Of a stretch of DNA of 64,000 nt, positions 47,510 to 59,500 are shown piece after piece. A program made the position numbers and the translations under genes. The notes beneath the pieces are model-generated. The model was not told the DNA's origin. It did not search any database and saw only the letters and a list, made by a program, of their open reading frames with translations. The stretch is from Lingula anatina (Eukaryota > Animalia > Brachiopoda), in NCBI GenBank assembly GCA_051362555.1, contig CM120641.1, forward strand, positions 22,568,001 to 22,632,000, written 5' to 3'. Numbering within the stretch: the stretch's first letter is position 1; each line of letters begins with the position of its first letter.

Positions 47510-50500
47510 ATGGCAGATGGAAGTGGGAAATTGCAATGGGTGGTAAGTGACTTTAATTTATTTATTTCTTTTTGTTTTCAACTTCTCAATTGATCGACCT
47601 TCACCTTTGGATATAGTGCGCCAAACGTCATCACTGAAGTTGTCACGTGGTAGCAATTCTCTGTTTTGATTGGATAGATTGGCAAGGGCGCTGTAAATTG
47701 AAAATTATCAGACACGGTGCTGGCCCTGTCGTTCGATTATTCCCCTTTTCCCAAATAAACAACGACAATGGCGTCTGAAGGCCCATTAAAGGTGAGCATT
47801 AAAACTAAGTTTCAAATGTGTTTGAAGTCAAACTAGTGACTGGTGAAAATTAATTTGATTTTAAACGTTCAACCTGACCCCATCAACATGACATCTAGTG
47901 AGCAACGATTTTTTTGTTTGATCTGTAGGATTCTTGAGTTTGACCGGCAGTTATAACAGAATTATTGAAGATACTATTTAAGTTAATTGTCTTGAGTTTA
48001 GTTTTCACTTTCATGAACCAAATGGTCTTAAATTACTTTTGTGAAAAAAAACTCAAAAATGGATCATACTAGTGGAATATCACAGTTCTTAATATATGAA
48101 ATTCATGCACTAGCACTCCTATTGACAATCTGATATATACTAGCTGTGCTAATATGTTAAAACAGCGTGGATTTGAAAATTGTCAATAGTAGTGTTAATG
48201 CATGAATTTTATGCTATAGTAAGTTCTTCATTGCTTGCATTTTTGCATTATGTTAATCATGATATTAAAAATGATACATGGACGCTTGAACAAGTTGGGT
48301 TAAAAGCCCATTTTAAAACTGTTGACAGGTCTCATTACTGTCTCCTCTAATTTCTTTCCTTCGTTGCCACTGGTCCACTGTCAATCTTTATCTTTTCAGA
48401 CTCTCTTTGATAACATGAATGCCAAATCTGAGGCTAAGGAAGAGAAAAATGAGAAGAAAAAATCCAAGCCCAAACCAAAGGCTGAAGATGCAGCAGATAT
48501 GCCCCACCTGCCTAAAACCCCTCCGAAAGGAGAGGGAAAAGGCAAGAAGCGCATGTCTGTGGAGAGAATCTACCAGAAGAAGTCTCAGCTAGAGCATATC
48601 TTGTTACGTCCTGATACTTATATTGGTTCTGTGGAAAAAGTCACCCAGGTAGGGTTTGTAGGAATAAAAAAACACATAAAAAATAAAAGTTAATGAATGT
48701 AATTTGTAAAAATTGAAAATTGCATGAAAAGTAAATTTTGTCTGTAGCAGAAAATTTATTTTTAAAATTTTCATGGTGACCAGCTTTATTTTTTTTTTAC
48801 TCCAGTCAAATACAGATTAATTGTTTTATGTAGCCTTTCCTTAAAGACAGTCTCAGCGCGTTAAACCCTTAAAATAGCACGAAAATGAATTTTCCTGGAA
48901 AACTCACCAATTTCCCCATAATGACCAAGGTATATCCTATCCAAAACCGTTCAGAAAATGAAGCTACCTAATACCGTTTTTAAGTTCCATTAAATAATAA
49001 AAGACGACTCGTCTTAAATACTCAGCTACCACCTCACAGTACGGCTTCAGAACGCGCAATTTCTCGCTAAGTCTCGCGGTTTACTATGAATGAAGTACTA
49101 CGGCTGAGACCCGGATGTTACTATTTGGCGCCAAAACAGCAAACATGGCTCAGACGCGCGTCAAGTCTGAACAGGAGAGCGACAAAAGGGGGCGAAAGAA
49201 AATAGCCACTCCAGTTCGAAAGATACGAAAGAAAATTAGAGACAGACGAAGAAGCACTCAGACTGTGTATGTTGGGAGGGAGGTGGGGCGTTGGAGGACA
49301 CTTAAAGCTGAGTTAGGACTCACATACGAGGCAATGGCGAAACTACTCCTCGACACGTGAGTATGCGCTTCACAGGTCTCAAGTGTGTCTGATTATCATA
49401 TTATCCTGTTCACAATAAATGAAAATATTTGTGCTCATACAAAGTTGGTTACGTGTATAAGAGCGTTTTGGGCTTTACTTTTTCTGTTTTTGATCGGTAC
49501 ATGTACCGAAAAGATGGACAGGCGGCACTTACATGTCTGACAAGTTTCGCTGTGTAGTCGTGACGTCTATCTCATTCTGACTGAAGCCTGCTGTGATTGG
49601 TCGTAAGCGTGGGAAAATCGAGGTCGTGACCTTGAGCCGGAAGTACTTCTGGCTGTGCTCCGAAATCATGATAAATAGTTTTCGTTTTCTAATTTTTTAT
49701 TCTAGTTGTCTTAACAGGACTTTTGTGACCCAGACTTATTCATATAATAATAAACAATCTCCCAAAACACAAATCTGATCAAAGTTTTACATAGAACCTG
49801 CTTCTATACATTAATCTAACCCACTGAGTTGTCCTTTAACTACTCTGAATTGTCAGTACTATGAATTTTACATGGTTTTATTTTTGCAGCCAATGTGGGT
49901 TATTAACGAGGAGGCGGACAGAATGATTCAGAGAGATCTCACCTTTGTACCCGGGTTGTACAAGATATTTGATGAGATTTTAGGTAAGCAACTGCTGTCA
50001 AGAATTGTAAGGGGTAGTCAATACAAAAGATGTCAAATGTCCCGTAGTATACATAAAGTTACCTATTTTATAAATGTAATAATATGATGTATTTCACACT
50101 TTTTCTTGTAATTATTTTTTAACTTCATTAGTTATTGATGTTAAAGATAACGAGACCCATTAGTTACATTCTTGTCTCTGTTTCTTTAGTGAATGCTGCA
50201 GATAATAAACAGCGAGATCCTAAAATGACAACCATCAAGATCGATATCGATAGGTTAGTATAAGTTCAACAGTTTAAGTTAATCATCACCCTCTGTTACT
50301 TCAATCCCATTTAGAGCCCATATCAGTGACAACAATTGGGCATAACCTTATTTCAGAGGTAGTCTTGCCAGGCTGTGCCTTACACTTCTTCTGATTCTTT
50401 TTCTTTTGTTTTATGCAAAATATGTGCATAGTACAATGACAAGATATGCCTGATAATTATGTATTTGGATTTCTGTTTCATCCACAGATGTATTTGCTGA

Positions 50501-53500
50501 GGGTTTGAGAGATTGAGATTTTTTAACAACCCTAACTTTAGCGCGTCTTATAAAATAACCCAGCAGCTAGAGATTTATGGATGATGGATATTACAATGTG
50601 TCAGGGTTGACTTTCTATCCAACATTTCTCTTCATTTTTTAAGACTTGAAGAAAAATAGAATGAAAGCTTGATTGATTCTATTGCTCAACTGTGTCCAAT
50701 CTCTCATTATATTTAGTGAGAACAACCGTGTCAAGATCTGGAACAATGGTAAGGGGATCCCTGTGATAGAGCACAAGACAGAGAAGGTGATGGTCCCAAC
50801 ACTGATCTTTGGGCACCTGCTTACCTCCAGTAACTACAATGATGAGGAGCAGAAAGTCACAGGTATGCTGGGAATTCTGAATGCAGGGTAACCAGCAAAT
50901 GTATTTACTTTATAGGTTTGTTATCTGTATTTGAACTGGTGTAATGTTTTCTGTTGAAGAAGGTGAATTATTCAAATCTACACCTTCCTACTGCTTTGTT
51001 ATGTATGATTTGCACTTTCTGTTATAATTTTAATAACCTAGCATCCACTTCAAATATATGCACATACTTTTCTATTATTCATTGTTCTTTTTGCCACACA
51101 TCAGAATCAAAGACAATTTTAATTTACTTTCAGGTGGTCGTAATGGATATGGCGCCAAACTTTGCAACATCTTCAGCAACAAGTTTGTTGTAGAAACTTC
51201 CTCCAAAGATGAGGGCCATGCTTTTAAACAGGTGATTTTTTAGCCCATAAATTATTGACGAATAAGTAACCTTAATGGGTGATACTAATCCATCCTTTAT
51301 TCAGTGATTTTACATGATGCGATCCATCTTGTAGCTCTAAGGATGTCTGTAATCCTCTATAAAATTCCTAATTTCTGTTGAAATAGTTTTTCCCCACAAC
51401 AAAATTGTTAATTTCCGCCATAATTGATTTAATGCACATAGCGTACAGTGTGACATCATGATATACCAAAAAAACCTCAACAAAATGATGTAACTGCATA
51501 TTTGCAGACCTGGACCCACAACATGGGAAAAGCTACAGAGGCAAAGATCACCCCGTGTGCGTCTGAGGACTATACCTGCATTACATTCGAGCCAGATCTG
51601 GCCAAGTTCAAGATGGATTCCCTGGACAAGGACATCGTGGACCTGTTCTCTAGGAGAGCCTATGACATAGCTGCCTCCACCAAGGGGGTCAAGGTGTTCC
51701 TCAATGGGAAGAAACTGCCTGTATGTTCATTTCTGAAATCTTTACTTTTTTGACACTTCAGGAACACTTTTCTACCCTAAAGAACCCCTAAGAACCTATT
51801 TTAGTTCTTTTGAATGGTGCAGAACAGAATTGCCTGCTACATGTTGAGGCATAGCCAGATATTTGAATCGCCATCTTTAGATCTATCAGTTACTAAATAA
51901 ATGATTAAGTACAAGTCAATGGAATTTACAGATTATTTTGATCAAAGGTAACTTAGTTTCCCGTTTTTCCAGATTAACAGCTTCCGAAGTTATGTGGACC
52001 TGTTCCTGAAGGACAAGTTTGATGACAATGGGCAGCCACTGAATGTTGTCCATGAGGTCATCAACCCACGCTGGGAGGTGGCCGTCACCCTCAGTGACTC
52101 TGGCTTCAAACAGGCCAGCTTTGTCAACAGTATTGCCACCACCAAGGTAAGGGGGAAGTAATCCACATTCCACATTTAGATCAGATAGGTATATCTTGTT
52201 TGATGGGATTATAAAATATTTTTCCCAGTGCATATGCATGTATTATATTAATACCTGTGAAGCAAATTAATGTTTTTGAGACGTGTCTTGGAAGATAAAT
52301 TAGTTATAATTTATAAATATATATATGATGTGCTAGAAGACAAAGAATACTCAAGTAAAATGCATTCAACCTGACTAGAAAATCTTCTATAATCCCAGGG
52401 AGGGCGGCATATTGACTACTTTGTGGACCAAGTAGTGAACAAACTCGCAGATGTAGTGAAGAAGAAACAAGGGAAAGGGGGGATGGCCGTAAAACCTTTC
52501 CAGGTAGGTTGCCTGTTTTGAAATATTTTTGAGAAATAAAATGTTTTGAAGACCCAAAAATATTTTCTTTTATTACCCAGTGTTATTTCACAAATACAGT
52601 AGTTACAGATACAATAACTGTGAAAAGAAAAAATGGGACAATAAATTGTTTTGTAACTTGATTGTTTATAATTTTTGAGATAATATTAAAATGAAGGCAG
52701 GTTTTTATTTGCTTTAAAATTTAGAAAATGTTTCTGGAAGCTTAATACTAACTAAATACTGTCTTAATATTTCAGATCAAAAACCACATGTGGGTCTTTG
52801 TGAACTGTCTCATCGTAAATCCAACCTTTGACTCTCAAACCAAAGAAAACATGACCCTGCAGGCCAAGAGCTTTGGTTCTAAATGTGAGCTCAATGATAA
52901 ATTCATACAACAGGTAAGACATGTGGAACTCCACCCCTAGGTGCAGGTACACAGATTTACGCTGGTGTAAATTCCTCATATGATCATATTCCAGTCAGTT
53001 TGAAACATAGTAGCAGTAGTGAATAAGACGGCTTTCACATGCAAAATGGTTTCATATTATAATTTAACAATGCCATTTACATCGAAAGCGTTTGAATGAT
53101 TTCTTTTAATAGTTTCGGCAACCACTTTCAGGTGTCCAAATGTGGTATTGTGGAAAGCATCTTGTCCTGGGTGAAGTTCAAGACCCAGACTCAACTGAAC
53201 AAGAAGTGCCATGCCTCTAAGCATTCCAAGCTGAAAGGAATTCCGAAGCTGGATGATGCCAACGATGCAGGTAACATGGAAACTTGTTAGTCTTGCACAA
53301 CTAGAGTTTTTTTTTTTTTTTTTTTTAATATATATATATATAAAAGACTTTGTAGAGATGAAAAGATGAAACATGGTAATAACAGAATTATTTTAAACAT
53401 TTGAAGGACAATATTTAACTTTGTTCACGTTTATCATGATCATGATATGTATCCCAAATAGGAACAAAGAACTCAGCCCATTGTACACTGATCCTGACTG

Positions 53501-56500
53501 AGGGAGACTCTGCCAAGACCCTGGCAGTAGCTGGACTCAGTGTGATCGGTAGAGACCAATATGGCGTCTTCCCACTGCGTGGTAAAGTTCTCAACGTGAG
53601 GGAGGCCACACACAAACAGGTAAGAAGGAAGGACTAACATGCTAGTTTGAGTTCCCATTCCTTGTGATAAATGATTGAGTAAAACCAGTAAAATAGGTCT
53701 ACAGGGAAGAGTAGAAAATAGAGCAGTTGTTTTAGGAAAAAAGACCAAAGGAGAATATTTTTATTGTGCTGTTTTGAGTCTGTCAGTTATTCTTACAATT
53801 ATAGGACTTTTTTGGTAAGAGTTTATAAGTGCATCAAAGTCTAAAGGTAACAGTAAAAGTAGAATCAAAGTGCTTCCTTTCTTTTTTAGATCATGGAAAA
53901 TGCTGAGATCAACAACCTGATCAAGATCGTTGGCCTACAGTACAAGAACAAGTATGACAGCCCAGAGACACTGAAGACCCTGCGTTATGGCAAGATCATG
54001 ATCATGACTGATCAGGATCAGGACGGCTCACACATTAAGGGTCTACTGGTCAACTTTATACACCACAACTGGCCGTCCCTACTCAAACACAACTTTGTTG
54101 AGGAGTTTATAACTCCCATTGTTAAGGTCAGTCTGGGAATTCACTGTAGTGCTCTATACTGATATTTAGTCTTCATGATAAAATCTAATGATACACTCTG
54201 TTGAATGATGCGTGAAAATTTAAAGAAGTCTGCCTTAGTTTTATTTTGGATAGCTTATGTATATGTTCAATAGTATTTTGTAGTCTGATAAGTAATAGTT
54301 AAAATTCAAGAAATACATTTAACCATCATTGTAGGTTTACTCATGGGAAGAAAATTCTCTTTAATATGTATGATTATCAGATATTTTGTTGGTTGGATAC
54401 CAGTAGAAAATTTGTCAGTTTTGTTTTTACATTGAAACCTGTTTACAGTCCCTTTATGACATCCCTTTGTCATTGCCCTATAAAGGACATATTTGCCTCA
54501 ATGTGCATTAAAAACAGCAATAGTTAACACAAATTCTTTAAACTCTTGCAGGTGACCAAAGGAAAGGAGGAGAAGGCTTTCTACAGCTTGCCAGAGTTTG
54601 AGGAGTGGAAAGAAGCAACACCTAACTGGCACACTTATAGATGCAAATACTACAAAGGTTTTAATTTTTTTGTTGACATGTCTTTAACATTTCCCAATTC
54701 AGCCTAGATCCTAGGCTTTTTACTAGATCACATTATTGTGTATCCTTGACTCAAAGTGAATACAGTCAGAATTATAAACATAGAGCATAAACTTCTTAAC
54801 AACTAAGAGGCCAACATATTGTTAAATCTTTGCCCTATTTCACCAGAATGAACATAGAATTTAAACTTTTTTCCTTGATGTTTTTCTGAATTAAGCACCC
54901 TGCAAACCTGGTTGTAAGGTCAACCAGCTATTCTTTCTACCCTTTTTTTTTTTTTTCTTAAAACCAAAAAAATTATATCGGAACCCTGTTATCTATTTTG
55001 ATAAGGTGTTTCTTTATCTATGTCCACCAAGGTTTGGGTACCAGCACCTCCAAAGAGGCAAAGGAGTACTTTTCTGATATGGAAAGGCACAGGATTCCTT
55101 TCAAGTACAGCGGACCTTCTGATGATGCATCTATCACACTGGTTCGTTTCCTCTAAGAATTTCTTCACTTTTAGCTGACCATGTTAGATTAAATGACTAC
55201 AATGCGGGTGGGAGGAGTTTTGTAATAGAATGTTTCACATTTGAATGGGTTTGTTCATGAAAGGTCTGAAAACATGCATCTGTGGAACTAGGGCATATTT
55301 TGACCAAAGTAGTTAATTTTGTATTCAAGGCTTTCTCCAAGAAGAAGATAGAAGAGAGGAAACAGTGGCTATCTAACTTCATGGAAGATCGTAAAAGACG
55401 TGCTGAGTTAGGCCTGCCAGATGTGAGTATGCTAATATACAAAAGCACTAAACGGTTTCATATTTGTTCCCATATATTTTAATAAGTTGCCAGGGAAAAA
55501 CAAAGGTTTTTCTCTTGTGTTTAATAAGAAAAATTTTTCTCATTCCCTCTTCTTTTCTCTAGGTTTACCTGTATGGCAAGGACACCAGACACATAACCTA
55601 CAATGACTTTATCAACAAGGAATTGATCCTGTTCAGTAACATGGACAATGAAAGATCCATCCCAAGTCTTATTGACGGTGAGTAGGGTGATGCGAGATAT
55701 ATTGCCACATGCTAGAGGATTGGAGAAAAAAATGGGTAGCAGTAGTAGCAAATTTGAAAAGGCAGTGGTCTGTGCCCAAAAAATAAGAAAACCTAAATTG
55801 CCAGGATCTCAGAATCTACTGGCCCAAATCAGAAAAAATATCAGAAAAGGAGACCAAAATTACGACATTTTACAGACCAGGCTTCGCTTTTATTGGCATG
55901 GGACCAGTGCTAACTGTGACATAAATGGAAAGGTCATCTCTAAAAGAAATTCCTTCTTTGTATTGGCCAATGCTTCAGAAGAGAGAGAATGGATTTTTAA
56001 AAAATGGAAAAACAAAAAAATATACTGACCTTTATTATTTGTTTGTGTTTTGAACTTGCAGGTTTCAAGCCAGGCCAAAGAAAAGTCATGTTTACCTGCT
56101 TGAAGCGTAACCTGCAGAAGGAAATCAAGGTGGCCCAGCTAGCTGGTTCTGTCTCTGAGATGTCTGCCTATCATCATGGTGAGATGTCTTTGATGGGCAC
56201 CATCATCAACTTGGCCCAGAACTTTGTAGGTAGCAACAATCTCAACCTGCTGCAGCCCATTGGTCAGTTTGGTACTCGTCTCCATGGAGGCAAGGATGCT
56301 GCCAGCCCCCGTTATATTTTCACAGCATTGAGGTTAGTTGAAATGTGGATTAAAATGGTATCCCACTATTATCGTGCTTCATAGTTAAGTAAATTTTTCA
56401 TCCTGAAGCAAACTTAAAAGAGTGTTATCTACTACGACAAATCCTCAACCCAACCTATCCTAACCACCACCTTTGGATATATATGAAATGGCAATTTCTG

Positions 56501-59500
56501 TCCTGAATTCCATTTACATCATGAGCAAAGTTTATTTTCAGATTTGTAAATTTGAAAATCACCCCCCTTCCACTGTACTTTCAGCCCCCTGGCCAGAGCA
56601 GTATTCAATGCACACGATGAACCTCTGTACAAGTATTGTTATGATGACAACCTGAAGGTGGAGCCACAGTTCTATGTCCCCATCCTGCCCATGGTGCTGG
56701 TGAATGGTGCCGAGGGGATAGGTACTGGGTGGAGCACCAAGATCCCCAATTATGATATCCGTGAAATAGTGAGCAACCTGAAGAGGCTGATAGATGGGGA
56801 GGAACCCAGGCCAATGGTATGGTATAAGTCTAGAGTTGAAAGTCTTCCCAATTTATCTGGATATTTGAAATGAAGTAGTCTGGGTCTTTTGTTTTACAAC
56901 ATCTGCTGTGATGTTATGCTGTGATAATATGTAGTAGTTTTCAAACTGTTTTTCAATTCTGTGTTCAGATCCCTGCCTTCAAGAACTTCATAGGAACAAT
57001 AGAGGACCACAGCGGGGAGACCATCTGCCATGGAGAGGTGTCCATCCTGGATGATGAAACCATCGAAATAACCGAGCTGCCCATCCGAGTGTGGACGCAG
57101 AACTACAAGGAGTCTGTCCTGGAGCCCATGCTGCAGGGCACTGACAAAACTCCAGCAGTGATCAGGTATGGTATAAGTCACAAATGTTGTTGCTTAAGTT
57201 GCTCTTTGAAGTAATATATATTTAGAAGTGTTTTTGGAATTCTTTGTTTTGTTTTTTTCCTTACCATCTGCAAATTTTATTCTTTTTAAATTTAGTATTA
57301 CATTTTAATGGAATGATCAAGTCAGATTTAAATAATGCTTTTGTGTATTTTAGTGACTACAAGGAGTACCATACTGATGTGACAGTGAAATTTGTAGTCA
57401 AGATGACTGCTGAAAAACTGGCACAAGCTGAACAAGTAGGACTCCACAAGTTCTTCAAACTCCAGACCTCGATATCTTCTAACATGGTGAGTTTTGGCAT
57501 CTAACTTATAAAAACCTCTATAAATCAAGGAAGGGATCTTTCCTTACAATGTGCATAGGGCGAGGGGGGTGTTTCTTCATCTTTCTGAAATTGTAGTGCA
57601 AGTGTCCTTCATGATGACCTGAAATTTGTCTTAACTGACCAAGTTTTCTGTCTTTGATAGGTTTTGTTTGATAAGAATGGCTGCTTGAAGAAGTATGACC
57701 GTGCAGAAGATGTTCTCAGAGAGTTCTACGATGTCCGTATGGAGTACTACATCAAGAGGAAGGACTATCTGGAGGGCCTGTTGTCTGCAGAAGCCTTGAA
57801 GCTGGAGAACCAGGCACGCTTCATCTGTGAGAAGATTGATGGAGAAATCTCAATCGGTAAGGTTACACTGGTGTGGACATTTCATGTACATCTACTGGCA
57901 ATCAGCTTATTAACTAGATTTTCACATGTACATTTTTTTTTTAGAACAGTATTAATAAGTTTCAGTAATTGAAAGTCTTTGCAAGGTGTTCAGTTTATTC
58001 TAAATGTATGTGAAATAATATATGAAGTATACTGTTCATCTCCACAGAGAACAAACCCAAGAAGGAGTTGATTCAGCTTTTGGTGCGTAGAGGATACGAC
58101 TCTGATCCTCTCAAAGCTTGGCGGGAGGCACAGGACAAACTAGCAGTATGTTATCAGACTTGTCTTTTTGTTAAGCACTTACTTATTCACATGGCTGTGA
58201 CGGCCCATGTGGAATATTATATTGTTTTTCAGCTTTCAGTCTTTGAATATATGGCTGGGAATAGACCAATTTTAAAGTGTAAAGCAATTTCATTATACCA
58301 GTGTAATAGACCAAGAATTTTGATACAGAGGCATCATTAAAGGAGTATATTATTAGAAAACAAATCTGGTGAATAATGCTATTTAGCATGATCTTTTTAT
58401 ACTTGTATAGACTTTTATTCATTGAATATTTATACAAATTTTTACAAAAGACAGATAAAGCAGTTGCTAAAAAAAGATTTTAAAATTGTTACATGTATAT
58501 GCAGATGACTGTTACATTCCAGGAGGCAGACAGAGGGGGTGTTGAGACAGAGAGTGATGATGAGCAGAGCGAGGCCTCCAGCACAGCAGGGGGCCCAGAC
58601 TTCAACTACATCCTCAACCTGCCACTGTGGAGTCTGTCCAAGGAGAAGAAGGAAGAGCTGCTGAAGCAGAGAGACGCCAAGCAGGAGGAACTGCGAGCAC
58701 TCCGCAGAAAAACTCCAAGCTGTCTGTGGAAGGATGATCTGGAGAAGTTTTTGGAGGAGTTGGAAGTATGGATCTCTTTGTCAAGTTAACTTTTTTTCCA
58801 TCATTTAATGAGAAATCTTACATAATTTTTATTAGTACTGAAGGGTTCGTTGTTTTCTGTGTCTTGTCACAATACAGAGTCAAATTCAATGCCTACTTTA
58901 GAATGTACTTTTTTCTTTGATTAGTATTAAAAAACAGAAATTGTTGCAGCAAATTTTGAAATGAATGGCAGATTTGTGCAAGCAAACTCATAATTTGGGG
59001 TGAATCCTCCTTTATGTAGAGTGAAAAACCAGATAGATGCTGGAATCTAACAAATGCATTTTGAGGCCACTCATCAACTGTCATACTGAGTTACAAAGTT
59101 GTTAGTTCTCTACCTTGGTATGCATGTGTTGTATTATTCTTTACTTTTCTCGCCTTGTAGAAAGTTGAGCAGAAGGAAAGAGAGGATGCTGCGGCAGGTG
59201 TCAACCCTGGTGTCGTCAAGACGGCCAAGGGCAGAGCTAAACCAAAGAAGATCCACATCGAAGAGACGAAACCTTCTCCCATGGGACGCAGGGTGGAGCC
59301 CAGGATTGACCAAGCCTTGAGGTCAAAGCTTGAAAGAAAGAAGGGAAAAGGAGGAAAGGTAGTCATGGATCCATTCATTTATGCAGAAAAAAAGATATCC
59401 TAGCTATATTTTCTCCTTTTGTTGGAAATGGGCAAAATGGTCCCTTGAAAGAATTAGAAAAATAATTTTTTGTGCTAGGGTATCTTATTTGAAGTTGACA

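Noticed and set aside
51290-57640. Box C/D-like words (ATGATG, CTGA) in TOP2 introns as possible snoRNAs
   Set aside because: No terminal stems or rRNA-complementary guides that I could verify; such words are expected by chance in AT-rich DNA.
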